Positions 1-9,900 of a DNA stretch of 25,466 nt are shown here, one piece after another (position 1 is the stretch's first letter; the number at the start of each line of letters is the position of its first letter). Below the pieces are notes generated by a model. It had not been told where the DNA came from. It ran no database searches and saw only the letters and a program-made list of their open reading frames with translations. The translations under genes were made by a program, and so were the position numbers. Origin of the DNA: Candidatus Pacearchaeota archaeon (GTDB taxonomy: Archaea; Nanobdellota; Nanobdellia; Pacearchaeales; GW2011-AR1); the NCBI GenBank assembly GCA_015520065.1, contig WAQV01000059.1, positions 1-25,466 of the forward strand, given 5' to 3'.

Positions 1-2
1 GC

Positions 3-260
3 GTAGGAGTCAGGACGTTTTATGGAGATATTAAAAAATATAGAAATCCTGCATACCTTCTTGGGTGGGTTGAGGCTTACGAGATTCAGCCAGAGGATAA
101 GCAGAGGAATAAAAACTCAACAAAAGTTTATCTTCTGAGAGCATCAGAAGAAGGAAGAAAAGTTCTTGACGGATTGAGAGAAATTCAAGGGAAACCTTCC
201 ATTAAAGAGTCAAATGAAAGATTGATGCAGTTTTTATTTGCAAACCCTTCTTTGCCTTAG
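3..260 (+). CDS. 3' end of a hypothetical protein, truncated by the window edge (possible winged-helix C-terminus)
   Basis: Manually read open frame from position 3 (VGVRTFYGDIKKY...KVYLLRASEEGRKVL...ANPSLP) to TAG at 258-260, converging on the gene at 265. The 'VYLLRASEEGRKVL' pattern resembles a wHTH wing plus final helix. Confidence 0.6.
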   Translation, partial: VGVRTFYGDIKKYRNPAYLLGWVEAYEIQPEDKQRNKNSTKVYLLRASEEGRKVLDGLREIQGKPSIKESNERLMQFLFANPSLP

Positions 261-264
261 GGAA

Positions 265-897
265 TTAACCCAACCATCTAAGTTTTCCTGGCCTTGGTTC
301 AAAAATTATTCCCTCTTCAAGAAGAGACTTGATTTCCTGATTAATTATGTCTGGACTGACATTTGCTAATGAAGGGTTCATAATAAGCTTGTCGGTTTCT
401 ATGCCTCCTTCATTTTCTGCATTTTTTATTAACTCTAAAATCCTGTCTTTCACAGCCATAATCTCTTTTTTTTCAAGCTGTTTGGAATTTTTTGCCTTTT
501 CTTTCTCAATCTCCAGTTTTCTCACTAAAAGATATTTATGGTCTAACTCTCTGACAATCTCCGGTGAAATGTAAGTTTCATTGTTAAAGTTTCTTAGAAC
601 TCCTATTACAACAATAGTCATTCCCTGCATGATGCCGTTTAACTTTTCTGCATCATCTCCGAAAGCCTTTATTCTTATCTGTCCTGAGCCGTCATCAAGA
701 GTAAGAAACACGTACTTTCTTTCTCCATCAACCTCATGCCTGTCAACAATGTTTCCAACAACATTCACCCTTACTATCTTTTTATCTCCAAACTCAAGAA
801 AAGAAAACTTCTCCCCATCAAATATAGGCTTTCCTATCAGAATGTCCCCAATCCTTAACTTGTATGCTACATTTCTTTTAAACTGTTGTTCAGACAT
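265..897 (-). CDS. Replication protein A subunit RPA2/RPA32-like ssDNA-binding protein (OB fold + C-terminal winged helix)
   Basis: OB-fold signature VRVNVVGNIVD...FLTLDDGSGQIRIKAF...IVVIGVLRNFNNETYISPEIV and C-terminal WH (IKSLLEEGIIFEPRPGKL). ATG at 897 preferred over TTG at 903; TATA box (CTTATAAA, 926-919) lies 21 nt upstream. Confidence 0.85.
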   Translation of the reverse strand: MSEQQFKRNVAYKLRIGDILIGKPIFDGEKFSFLEFGDKKIVRVNVVGNIVDRHEVDGERKYVFLTLDDGSGQIRIKAFGDDAEKLNGIMQGMTIVVIGVLRNFNNETYISPEIVRELDHKYLLVRKLEIEKEKAKNSKQLEKKEIMAVKDRILELIKNAENEGGIETDKLIMNPSLANVSPDIINQEIKSLLEEGIIFEPRPGKLRWLG

Positions 898-951
898 TCT
901 CAAAGAAGATTATGCTGGTTTATAAGTTTTTATGGTGAGAATTGTTAAAGA

Positions 952-1022
952 TGGCCTTGCCAGGAATCGAACCTGGACATCATCCACGTCAAGGATGCAG
1001 TCTACCATTAGCTTACAAGGCC
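952..1022 (-). tRNA. tRNA-Val(GAC), 71 nt, no encoded CCA
   Basis: Reverse complement folds as a cloverleaf: acceptor GGCCTTG/CAAGGCC, anticodon stem CATCC/GGATG with loop TTGACGT, T arm CCAGG-TTCGATT-CCTGG, discriminator A73. Confidence 0.92.
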
Positions 1023-1044
1023 ATAAAATTTCAGGTTTTTGCAA

Positions 1045-1056
1045 ATATTTAAATAT
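1045..1056. promoter_or_regulatory. Palindromic TATA element between divergent tRNA-Val and the small membrane protein gene
   Basis: Perfect 12-bp palindrome ATATTTAAATAT, about 22 nt from tRNA G1 (1022) and about 20 nt from the ATG at 1077. Confidence 0.6.
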
Positions 1057-1076
1057 AGTGTTTTTTTATCAGAGGT

Positions 1077-1301
1077 ATGAGAAGAGGAGGTGGAAAGACT
1101 TTATTTTTTATATCATATGTTATAGTTGGAATTTACCTCATAAATCTGGGATTTTCTGAACTTCCTGGAATAGGAAAGAATTTTATTCCTGTGCCTGAGG
1201 CGCTATCACAAATAATAAACAGCTGGGTTATAACTTTAGGAGGAATCCTAACAATACTTGGAGGAATCAATTATATTAAATCTTCAAGAAGATACAACTA
1301 A
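1077..1301 (+). CDS. Small hypothetical membrane protein (74 aa, 2 predicted TM helices)
   Basis: Two hydrophobic segments (TLFFISYVIVGIYLINLGF; WVITLGGILTILGGINYI); TATA 21 nt upstream; stop is 1 nt before the next ATG. Confidence 0.75.
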   Translation: MRRGGGKTLFFISYVIVGIYLINLGFSELPGIGKNFIPVPEALSQIINSWVITLGGILTILGGINYIKSSRRYN

Positions 1302-1302
1302 T

Positions 1303-2283
1303 ATGGCAGAATATAAAAAGGATTTCAGCAGGTACCTGTTTTTTGCAATAATTTTTTTCCTAATTTTTCTCTCATACCAGATTTTAAAACCCTACCTGAT
1401 AATTCTAATTTCAGCATTCATACTTGCATATCTTTTAAAGCCTGTTTATAAAAGCCTTTCAAATAAGATAGGAGAGAATCTTTCAGCACTGACCTGCATT
1501 TTGATAGTGTTCTTAGTTGTTTTAATACCTCTAAGCGCAGTTATTGGCGGTTTAACCAATCAGATTTATGTTTTTCTAAATTCCAACGGAGACTTTCTTA
1601 ACAATATCTCTTTCTCTTTTAAGAACATTGAGAAATTCGGAATCAGCCTTGATAAGATACTTCAACAGGGAGCAGAGTTTACTGCTTCGCTTCTAACATC
1701 AGCTGTATTTTATATTCCTTCCCTTGTAATATCTGCAATAATCTTATTGTTTGGGATTTATTATATTTTAATAGAGTGGGATTTAATTGCCAGAGAATTG
1801 AGAAAGTATATAATCTTCAAGAACAAAGAAAAGTTTGTTAAAGAGTTAGGAAACGCAACCAAGGGAATAATTTACGGCTCTCTACTTATAGCTATAATAG
1901 AGTTTGCTGTAGCAAGTGCAGGATTTTATATTTCAGGAGTTAAGTTCTATTTTCTTTTGCCATCAGTTATATTTTTTCTTGCATTTATCCCAGGACTTGG
2001 ACCAACAATAGTGTGGGTCCCTATGGCATTATACTATCTGTTTGTTAAGGAGTGGCTTATTTTTAGCGGAGTTTTAATAACTGGAATTATACTTAGTGTT
2101 TATATTGATACAATCCTCAGGACAAAAATACTCGGAGGAAAGTCAAAAATAAATCCTTTAGTGATGCTTGTAGGAATTTTAGGAGGAATCTCTCTGTTCG
2201 GTATTTTCGGATTTGTTATAGGACCGCTAATACTTGTTTACACTCTAAGAATTCTCAAGGAACTTAGTTCTGAGTTTAGATGA
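1303..2283 (+). CDS. AI-2E family (PerM/UPF0118) transporter
   Basis: Multi-TM protein with family motifs 'ILKPYLIILISAFILAYLLKPVY', 'FIPGLGPTIVWVP', 'DTILRTKILG...INPLVMLVGILGGISLFGIFGFVIGPLI'. Start moved to ATG 1303 (MAEYKK). Confidence 0.92.
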   Translation: MAEYKKDFSRYLFFAIIFFLIFLSYQILKPYLIILISAFILAYLLKPVYKSLSNKIGENLSALTCILIVFLVVLIPLSAVIGGLTNQIYVFLNSNGDFLNNISFSFKNIEKFGISLDKILQQGAEFTASLLTSAVFYIPSLVISAIILLFGIYYILIEWDLIARELRKYIIFKNKEKFVKELGNATKGIIYGSLLIAIIEFAVASAGFYISGVKFYFLLPSVIFFLAFIPGLGPTIVWVPMALYYLFVKEWLIFSGVLITGIILSVYIDTILRTKILGGKSKINPLVMLVGILGGISLFGIFGFVIGPLILVYTLRILKELSSEFR

Positions 2284-2352
2284 TAGGTGAATTAAGCTTC
2301 TTTATTTGGAAAGGGGCATAAATTTTAAAAATTTTAGTAAGCATAGGGGATT

Positions 2353-2628
2353 ATGCCTGATGAAAAATTAGCTAGAGCAATAAGGTCTAGAATAAGAAGA
2401 GAGATTTTACATATATTGAATAAACAAAAGGCTTCAGTTCAAGATATAGCAACAAAGCTAGGGATAACAGAATCATCAGCATCAAAACACCTTAAGCTGT
2501 TGTATGATTTAGGATTTATTGATTATGAAGAAAAACATCCTCAAAAATTCTATTTTCTAAGCATAAAAGAAATTAAAGATCTCTTTGACATCTATGATAA
2601 AATCCTAGAAAAGATGAGGAAAAAATAA
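2353..2628 (+). CDS. ArsR/SmtB-family winged-helix transcriptional regulator
   Basis: 'RAIRSRIRREILHIL...SVQDIATKLGITESSASKHLKLLYDLGFI' wHTH; no Cys metal-binding motif; TATA TTTTAAAA at 2323-2330. Confidence 0.88.
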   Translation: MPDEKLARAIRSRIRREILHILNKQKASVQDIATKLGITESSASKHLKLLYDLGFIDYEEKHPQKFYFLSIKEIKDLFDIYDKILEKMRKK

Positions 2629-2656
2629 TTTCTTTTTTATTTTTTCTCTTTCTTTA
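2629..2656 (+). terminator. Oligo-T tract after the ArsR gene (archaeal-type intrinsic terminator)
   Basis: TTTCTTTTTATTTTTTCTCTTTCTTT directly after the stop codon. Confidence 0.45.
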
Positions 2657-2663
2657 TTCCATG

Positions 2664-2697
2664 TTTCTCAATTGGGAAAACTGGAAACATTTAAATA
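2664..2697 (+). promoter_or_regulatory. Promoter of the CBS-Kef operon with an upstream imperfect palindrome
   Basis: TTTCTCAATTGGGAAA (2664-2679, 14/16 self-complementary), then GGAAACA (BRE-like) and TTTAAATA (2690-2697). Confidence 0.5.
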
Positions 2698-2721
2698 GGA
2701 TCTAAGACTTATACCTATGTT

Positions 2722-3228
2722 ATGAGTAGCAAAAAAATCGATTCTTTAAGGAAAGACCATTCCAACAGCTTAATGTACTTTGCCGAGGAAGAAGGAATAA
2801 ATATTCATAAAGTTGCAAAAGATGCTATGATTAAGCCAGTTTTTCTCTATCCTGAAGACAGTGCAGACACAATTATTGAAAAACTGAAAAAAGAAGATAC
2901 TAATGTATGTATAGTTGTAACTAAAGACAAGAAATTCATAGGAGAGATAGGGGTAGAAGACTTGATTAGACTTTTCTTACATCAGGTAAAGTATGAACCT
3001 CTTGTTAAAACTCTCAATATTGGTTACAGAAGAAAGTTCCTATACAAATCTGCAAAAGATTTAATAAACAAGCATAAGTCGACTGTAAGACTTAATGATT
3101 CAATCAACAAAGTAATTAGACTTCTCTATAAAGAAGGATTCAACTATATTCCTGTATTGGATGATGATAACAGGGTTGTTGGAGTAGTTACTCCGAGCAG
3201 TCTAATTGACTTCTTGCAGAACGAGTGA
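2722..3228 (+). CDS. Tandem CBS-domain protein
   Basis: Two CBS repeats (AKDAM.KPVFLYPEDS...VCIVV.KDKKFIGEIGVEDLI; AKDLI...VRLNDSI...IPVLDDDNRVVGVVTPSSLI). Confidence 0.9.
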   Translation: MSSKKIDSLRKDHSNSLMYFAEEEGINIHKVAKDAMIKPVFLYPEDSADTIIEKLKKEDTNVCIVVTKDKKFIGEIGVEDLIRLFLHQVKYEPLVKTLNIGYRRKFLYKSAKDLINKHKSTVRLNDSINKVIRLLYKEGFNYIPVLDDDNRVVGVVTPSSLIDFLQNE

Positions 3229-3232
3229 TAAA

Positions 3233-4951
3233 ATGGAGATATTCATAGAGTTGAGCATAATAATCGGCATAACTGTATTAATCGCAGGAATAATGAGGTT
3301 TCTAAAACAACCTCTAATAATAGGGTATATTCTTGCAGGAATAATAGTCAGTCCTTATTTTTTGGATGTTGTAAAGTCTACAGAAACGATAAAAGTTTTC
3401 TCTCAGATAGGTGTTGCATTTCTCTTGTTTATTGTTGGATTGAGTTTAAGCCCTAAGGTTATAAGAGAGGTTGGAAAGATTTCTCTTATTACTGGTGTAG
3501 GTCAGATACTCTTTACTTCTTTATTCGGGTTCATTATAAGCAAGCTCTTAGGATTTAGCACCATAGTTTCTATATATATTGCAATAGCTCTGACATTCAG
3601 CAGCACAATTATAATTATGAAACTTTTATCAGATAAGAGAGACTTGGAAAAGCTTTATGGAAAAATCTCTATAGGGTTCTTGCTTGTTCAGGATATATTC
3701 GCAATAATCCTTTTAATGGCAGTTTCAACTCTTTCAGGAAGTTCAGGATTTGAAGGATTATCAGCTATAAACTTTTTGGAGGGAATTTTTCTTATTGGAG
3801 GTTTTGTTCTTACCAGTATTTATGTTCTTCCAAAACTATCTTCTTTCTTTGCCAAATCTCAAGAGTTTTTATTTCTTTTTTCTGTAGGATGGGGTTTAGG
3901 GCTTGCAGCTCTTTTCCACTCTATAGGGTTTTCAATGGAGATTGGAGCTCTAATTGCAGGAATAGCACTCTCAATGACACCTTTCCACTATGAGATAAGC
4001 TCAAAAATGAGACCTTTGAGAGATTTTTTTATAATTCTTTTTTTCATACTTCTCGGATCCCAGATGAGTTTTGGAAATATAAACGAGTTAATACCTGCTG
4101 CAGTAATTTTCTCGCTGTTTATTCTTATAGGAAATCCTTTAATAGTGATGATTTTAATGGGGATGTTAGGATATAGGAAAAAAACAGGTTTCCAAGCAGG
4201 ACTTACTGTTGCGCAAATAAGCGAATTTTCATTGATTCTTATCTCGTTAGGAGTAGGAGTCGGACATCTCAACAACGATATCCTCTCTCTTACAACAATA
4301 GTCGGCTTAATAACAATTTCTGGTTCAACCTATCTCATACTCTACTCTGACAAAATATATCCTCACATTTCAAAATATCTTTCTATATTTGAGAAAAAAA
4401 GAGTTAGGGATAAAAAAGAGAGAGGCAAGAGTTATGACATAATTCTTTTTGGATACAATAGAATAGGATATGATTTGCTTCCTTCTTTTAAAAAACTCAA
4501 TAAGGATTTTCTGGTTGTGGACTACAATCCTGAAACAATATCTCACTTGTCAAATAGAAATATTAATTGTAGGTATGGAGATGCAGATGACAGCGAATTC
4601 TTAGAGGAGATAATTTCTCCAAAAACTAAATTGATAGTCTCAACAATCCCAGAATACGATACCAATCTTTTAATAATAAATAAGGCTAAAACTTTAAATA
4701 AACACATGATTGTAATAGTGGTTTCACATAGCATTGATGAAGCTAAACTACTTTACAAAGCAGGTGCATCTTATGTAATAATGCCTCATTTTTTGGGAGG
4801 AAATCATGCTTCACTAATGATTAAGAGATACGGTCTGAACGAAGACAAGTTTTTAATGGAGAGAGAAAGGCATCTTAAGCAACTTAGAATGAGAAAAGAG
4901 CTTGGACATGAGCATCCAAAAAAAGGAAACAACAGTGAAAACAGATTGTAA
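3233..4951 (+). CDS. Kef-type (CPA2) cation:proton antiporter with C-terminal TrkA-N (RCK/KTN) domain
   Basis: About 12-13 TM segments with CPA2 motifs 'SQIGVAFLLFIVGL', 'ALTFSSTIIIMKLL', 'GFLLVQD', 'AQISEFSLI'; Rossmann-like RCK 'IILFGYNRIG...VVDYNP...YGDADD'. Start at ATG 3233. Confidence 0.93.
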   Translation: MEIFIELSIIIGITVLIAGIMRFLKQPLIIGYILAGIIVSPYFLDVVKSTETIKVFSQIGVAFLLFIVGLSLSPKVIREVGKISLITGVGQILFTSLFGFIISKLLGFSTIVSIYIAIALTFSSTIIIMKLLSDKRDLEKLYGKISIGFLLVQDIFAIILLMAVSTLSGSSGFEGLSAINFLEGIFLIGGFVLTSIYVLPKLSSFFAKSQEFLFLFSVGWGLGLAALFHSIGFSMEIGALIAGIALSMTPFHYEISSKMRPLRDFFIILFFILLGSQMSFGNINELIPAAVIFSLFILIGNPLIVMILMGMLGYRKKTGFQAGLTVAQISEFSLILISLGVGVGHLNNDILSLTTIVGLITISGSTYLILYSDKIYPHISKYLSIFEKKRVRDKKERGKSYDIILFGYNRIGYDLLPSFKKLNKDFLVVDYNPETISHLSNRNINCRYGDADDSEFLEEIISPKTKLIVSTIPEYDTNLLIINKAKTLNKHMIVIVVSHSIDEAKLLYKAGASYVIMPHFLGGNHASLMIKRYGLNEDKFLMERERHLKQLRMRKELGHEHPKKGNNSENRL

Positions 4952-4960
4952 TTGTATTGT

Positions 4961-4977
4961 AAAACAAACTTTATATA
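4961..4977 (+). promoter_or_regulatory. BRE/TATA promoter of the pilin-like/SLT operon
   Basis: AAAACAAAC followed by TTTATATA (4970-4977), 21 nt before ATG 4999, so this unit has its own promoter. Confidence 0.65.
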
Positions 4978-4998
4978 CATAATTTCCGTTGTTTTTAT

Positions 4999-6897
4999 AT
5001 GAATAAAAAAAGAGGACAGGTAAGTGTTTTTGTGATTGTTGCTATACTTGTTATAGGCGGAATTGCAGCATTTTTCATGCTTAAGGACAGGTTTGTTTCA
5101 AAAGCCCTTCTGCCAGCATCTCTAGAGCCGCCATACAAAAGTTTTCTAAGCTGTCTTGAGGATGCTGCAGAAATAGGAACTGATGTTCTTTCTTTTCAGG
5201 CTGGCTACATTGAACTGCCTGAATTTGAGCCAGGCTCTGATTTTATGCCTTTCTCCTCGCAACTTGACTTTATGGGCACTCCAGTACCTTACTGGTATTA
5301 TGTTTCAGGAAACAACATTCAGAAAGAACAGATACCTTCTAAAACAGAAATGGAAGACCAGCTGAACAGCTTTATCGAGGATAAAATAAAATCCTGCAGG
5401 TTTGACAATTATTATGAAGAAGGATTTAAGATAACACTCGGAAATCCTAAAGCAAAAACCTCAATCAAAGAGGATGCAGTAGAAGTAAACCTTGGAATGA
5501 AAATGGAAATTGAAAAAGGCGACGAGAAAGCAATAATAAATAACCATAAGATAACAATTAAATCAAAACTTGGAAAACTCTATGATGCAGCAAAAAAGAT
5601 TTACAATTACGAGCAGAAAACTCTTTTTCTTGAGAATTACTCTGTAGATATTTTAAGGCTTTATGCTCCTGTTGATGGTGTTGAGCTGTCATGCAGCCCA
5701 AAAGTATGGATTGCTGATAATGTTTTTGACACTCTGCAGGATGCAATTGAATCAAACATTATGGCTTTAAAAGTTAAAACAGGTGACTACTCTTTAAGAA
5801 GCAAGGAAAACAGGTATTTTGTTGTTGATTTAAGCCTTGACAGGGATATTGATGTTAGATTCATTAACTCTAAAAACTGGCCTAATTCATTTGAGGTTGC
5901 TCCTACAGAATCAGCTGAAAACAATATCCTTATTGCAAAGCCTGTTGGAAACCAGCCAGGGCTTGGGATAATGGGATTTTGTTATGCTCCTTATCATTTT
6001 GTTTATAACATTAAATATCCTGTTCTTGTTCAGCTTTCTTCAGGAGATGAGATGTTTCAGTTTCCTGTTGCAGTTGTAATTCAAGGCAATAAGCCAAGAA
6101 AACCTCTTGAAGGTGCTGAGTCTTTAAGCCTGCAGGCAACAGAGTTATGCAAGTACAGGAATACTTTTATTGAGGTTAATACTTATGATACACGGCTTAA
6201 TCCTGTTGAAGCAAAGATTTCGTATGAGTGTTTAGGAGTGAAATGCGACATAGGAAAAACTTCTAAGACAAAGCCTCTTAAAGGACTGTTTCCTGAGTGC
6301 GTTAATGGCTATATAATTACAGAAGCAGAAGGATTTGAAGATGCTAAATATTTATTCTCTACAAACAAGGAGGGAAGTGCAGACATTATTCTTGACAAAT
6401 TGTATAAACTGAAAATCAATCTTAATCTTGATGGAAGGCCTTACTCAGGAGACAACGCAATAATCCATTTCATTCCTATTGACAAGCCATCAAAAGGAGG
6501 AAAGAGTATTGTTTATCCTATGCAAAAAACAATAGAGTTAAGCGAAGGAGAGTATGAGATAAGGGCTTATATTTACAGAAATTCCTCTTTAAGAATACCT
6601 TCATCTTCAATCCAGCAGTGCGTTGATGTTCCTGCATCAGGAATTGGAGGAATTCTCGGAATTACAAAAAAAGAGTGCTTTGATGTTGAAATTCCAGAAC
6701 AGATTGTCTCAAACGCTCTTGCAGGAGGAGGTGTTGAAAGATATTATGTTCTTGAGTCAGAACTCGAAAATTCAGGCACAATAGAAATAAATGCTTACAG
6801 CCTGCCTTTGCCGAACTCACTTGAAAAACTTCAGGAAAATTATATATTATTTGAAGAACAGGATTTAGATATAATCTTTAAGAATGCAGAAGAATAA
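4999..6897 (+). CDS. Exported surface protein with class III (type IV prepilin-like) signal peptide, 632 aa, 10 Cys, beta-rich C-terminal half
   Basis: N-terminus MNKKRG|QVSVFVIVAILVIGGIAAFFML fits the archaeal [KR][GA]|Q-hydrophobic prepilin peptidase consensus. A carboxypeptidase-regulatory/Ig-like stretch is suggested by 'IEVNTYDTRLNPVEAKISY...GYIITEAEGFEDAKY'. Confidence 0.75.
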   Translation: MNKKRGQVSVFVIVAILVIGGIAAFFMLKDRFVSKALLPASLEPPYKSFLSCLEDAAEIGTDVLSFQAGYIELPEFEPGSDFMPFSSQLDFMGTPVPYWYYVSGNNIQKEQIPSKTEMEDQLNSFIEDKIKSCRFDNYYEEGFKITLGNPKAKTSIKEDAVEVNLGMKMEIEKGDEKAIINNHKITIKSKLGKLYDAAKKIYNYEQKTLFLENYSVDILRLYAPVDGVELSCSPKVWIADNVFDTLQDAIESNIMALKVKTGDYSLRSKENRYFVVDLSLDRDIDVRFINSKNWPNSFEVAPTESAENNILIAKPVGNQPGLGIMGFCYAPYHFVYNIKYPVLVQLSSGDEMFQFPVAVVIQGNKPRKPLEGAESLSLQATELCKYRNTFIEVNTYDTRLNPVEAKISYECLGVKCDIGKTSKTKPLKGLFPECVNGYIITEAEGFEDAKYLFSTNKEGSADIILDKLYKLKINLNLDGRPYSGDNAIIHFIPIDKPSKGGKSIVYPMQKTIELSEGEYEIRAYIYRNSSLRIPSSSIQQCVDVPASGIGGILGITKKECFDVEIPEQIVSNALAGGGVERYYVLESELENSGTIEINAYSLPLPNSLEKLQENYILFEEQDLDIIFKNAEE

Positions 6898-6917
6898 ACC
6901 TGTTAAAGAAAACTAAA

Positions 6918-9900
6918 ATGTCGCAAATAACTCTGAAAGAAATGCAGAAAGAAAAAACAAAGAGGCTTTTAATGCTCTTGACAGTGTCAGTTATAGTTGT
7001 TTTGTTAGTGTCTTCTGTTATTTCTGCTTATTACAGGTCAAGTGTTCAGTACACAAGACCTGGGATAAGTTCTTATAGTTACCTAGGCAAGCAGGGAGTT
7101 TCTTTTCCTGTTTTCGATGATGAGCTGTGCAAGTCTGGGCAGGATTTTATAGTACAGATAAGTCCTCTTGGATGCACTCCGAGTGTTGTGAGAAGCGACC
7201 TTTTAGAGGAACAGAATGTTCCTGTTTTTTGTCCATTAATAGCTACAAAACTAAATCCTTTGATTGATGTGGAAGCAATAGATTATATAAGCTTCTCTCC
7301 CCGTGGATACACTAAAGAGGTTGCAGGAGTTGGGTTTCATCCTGCAAGAGCAGCTCTTAGAGGAAACTACAAAACTCTTCTTAATTCTCCTGTTTTAGAG
7401 AATATTGGTTATGCTGTTATTGTTCTTAAAAAACAAAAGAATGAGTCGGCAATGCCTGACTGGGTTCAAGGTAATTTAACAGCAAAAATAAGATATGACA
7501 TTAAAAATGCTTTTGGAGTTGGAAAAGCGGTTTACTATCTGCCTGAGCTGGATGACACGGAGTGGGTTTTAAATTACAAGCAGTATGGATTCTGGCAAGG
7601 AAGAGGGTTTTTAAGAGCAGAGGATATTGACAAAGATTCTGCTTTTATATCTATTTATTCTGACAAGAACAATAAAGTGTCAGGAGTCAGGCTTAAGAAA
7701 GGTGAAACTTCAAGAGAGATTTACATCCCTGGATTTTATTGTTTTGGAGGGATGCAGTTGAAACTTCATGACTTGGATGTTCCTGACAGGAGAGCAAAAC
7801 TTAATGTAAATGGAGAAATTGTAGAGGTTGCAAAAGGTGAAAAATTCCTTGACAACAAGTGCCGTGTCAAGGAGCTTCAAAAATACGGTCTTCTTGAGAG
7901 TGTCTCAATAACATGCGAAGAAGATGATGGAATAAACAAGTTTGATCTGACTATCAGTCCAAGGATTGCTCTTTCTATAACTGATAAAAGTGGCAGTGAA
8001 GTTGTTAAAGATTATGGAGTAGGAGACAAGCTGTATGAGTTTGATAAGGATGGAAAAAAAGAGTATGTTTATATTGGATATATTGGAACTGCAATTCAAA
8101 ATGCTCGAGATGGCAATAAAAGATACACCATGTCAAACTCTTACAGGGAAGATGAATTGATAGTTTATCTTTACAAAACTCCTCAAGATAAAGGAGAGCA
8201 GCTAAGTTTCAGAGATATATCCTCAATAGGAAAATCCATTAACTCTTATCTTTATTGGATTTCTGGTCCTGTAAAAAGAGTCATTAAAGGAGAGGTAAGT
8301 GAAGCTGTTTATTATAAAGATGAACCTAAAGAAGTTTGGGGAAAAAATAAAATTAAAATCATAGGATTTGCTGGACCTCAGGACAAGCCGTTTGGCAAAT
8401 GCGAAAAGAGTAATGATGTGACTAATGGTGAAAATACTCCTGAGTGTAATCAGTATGAAACTCAGGAGGAATGTGAAAGTGCAGATGCAGGCAGTTGTCA
8501 ATGGGTTGAAGAAAGTGGAGATTTAAAGGAAGTAAAAACAAACTATGAAAATGCATTAAAGGATTACAGGACTCTTATTGAGAGTTTTCCTTCTGAAAAG
8601 GAAAATGAAAACAGCCTTGAAACTTTCGGTGAGAGAGCATTTTTCAATTCAATAAGGCTTGCAGAGAAATTAGGACAGAAAAGAACAATGCTTAAATTCT
8701 GCAAGGAATTTGAGGAAAGTTTCCCTGACTCAAAACTTCTTTATGATTTAAGAGAAACCTGCTCAAGCGAGCTGAAAGCTTCAAGCCAGAGCACCTCAAC
8801 AATGGATGTTCTTGTTAATGGCAGAGTAAAGGAAATTTCCCTTGAAAGAGTTTATGAGCCAAGCCTTGAAGAATACAGCGCAGAGGTTAAAATTAATGGT
8901 TTAGGAAAGAGCAGCATTGTCAAGATTTTAAGAAAAAACACTCCTTCTTCTCTTGAGGAAAATGGCAATACTGTAGGGTCAATAGAGATTTTATCTTTAA
9001 CAGAGGATTCAGCAAAACTGAGAATAGAGATTTCTCCTGCAGACAGCACTGACAGCAAAAAAAGGAAATTTTCAAAGACAGTAACACTTAAACTTGACGC
9101 TCCAGAGAGTTTTGATAGTGATTATACATTTACTTTAACAAAAATTAACTTAAAGAAACTCGCAAAAGTGTCTGTAATACCTCGTGTAAACAATGCAGGT
9201 ACAGAAGCAAACTTCAGCTTTAAGATTGGAATTGAGAAAAGAGCAATACAGCTAAGCCCTGAACAAGCAAAAGAGAAAATAAAGAACCTCAATGAGTCAA
9301 TTGAAAAATGGGAGAAAATCTCAAACAATTTAGGAAATGTAGTGAGAGGAATGAAAGCTGCATGTTTAATGACAGGAACTGCACTGACAATCAAAAATTT
9401 ATTTGCAGGAATGAAGGGAAAAGCAGGAGCAAGGCACGAAGCAACACAGTTTTACAGGGAAAAATGCAGCCGTGATATTAAAGACCCTGACAGCCCATAT
9501 TATAAAAAATCAGTTTCCCAATGCCTTGTCGGCTACAATGACGAGATTAACAGTGCAGTAGAGATAATCGCGAAAAAAAGAATGTCTCAAATAAGGTTTT
9601 CTGAGAAAGAGTTGTGCAGTGATAAGATAAATAGTTTAGGAAGTGGTTTAAAAAATATCAATAGTGATGAAGAACTAAGCAGACTTGCAAAAGATGAAGA
9701 CATAAAAGGTTTGTTTTCCCCAGCATCACTGAGCGACGGAACATGTGACAAGCCATTAACAACAGACGAGGCAGAGAGAGTTGCATTGTATCTTGATATT
9801 ATTAATGATGACAGGTTAAGTTCTGAGGTAAGAGGTGGCTACAAAGAAAAACTCAAACAGCTCTTAACAGAACTAAAAGAGAATGCTGAGGATTATGCAT

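Noticed and set aside
952-1022. tRNA read as Gln(TTG)
   Set aside because: The 5-bp stem CATCC/GGATG fixes a 7-nt loop with GAC at positions 34-36.
347-1159. Plus-strand ORFs 347-574, 581-925 and 932-1159
   Set aside because: They are antisense shadows of the RPA2-like gene or overlap tRNA-Val, with no recognisable motifs.
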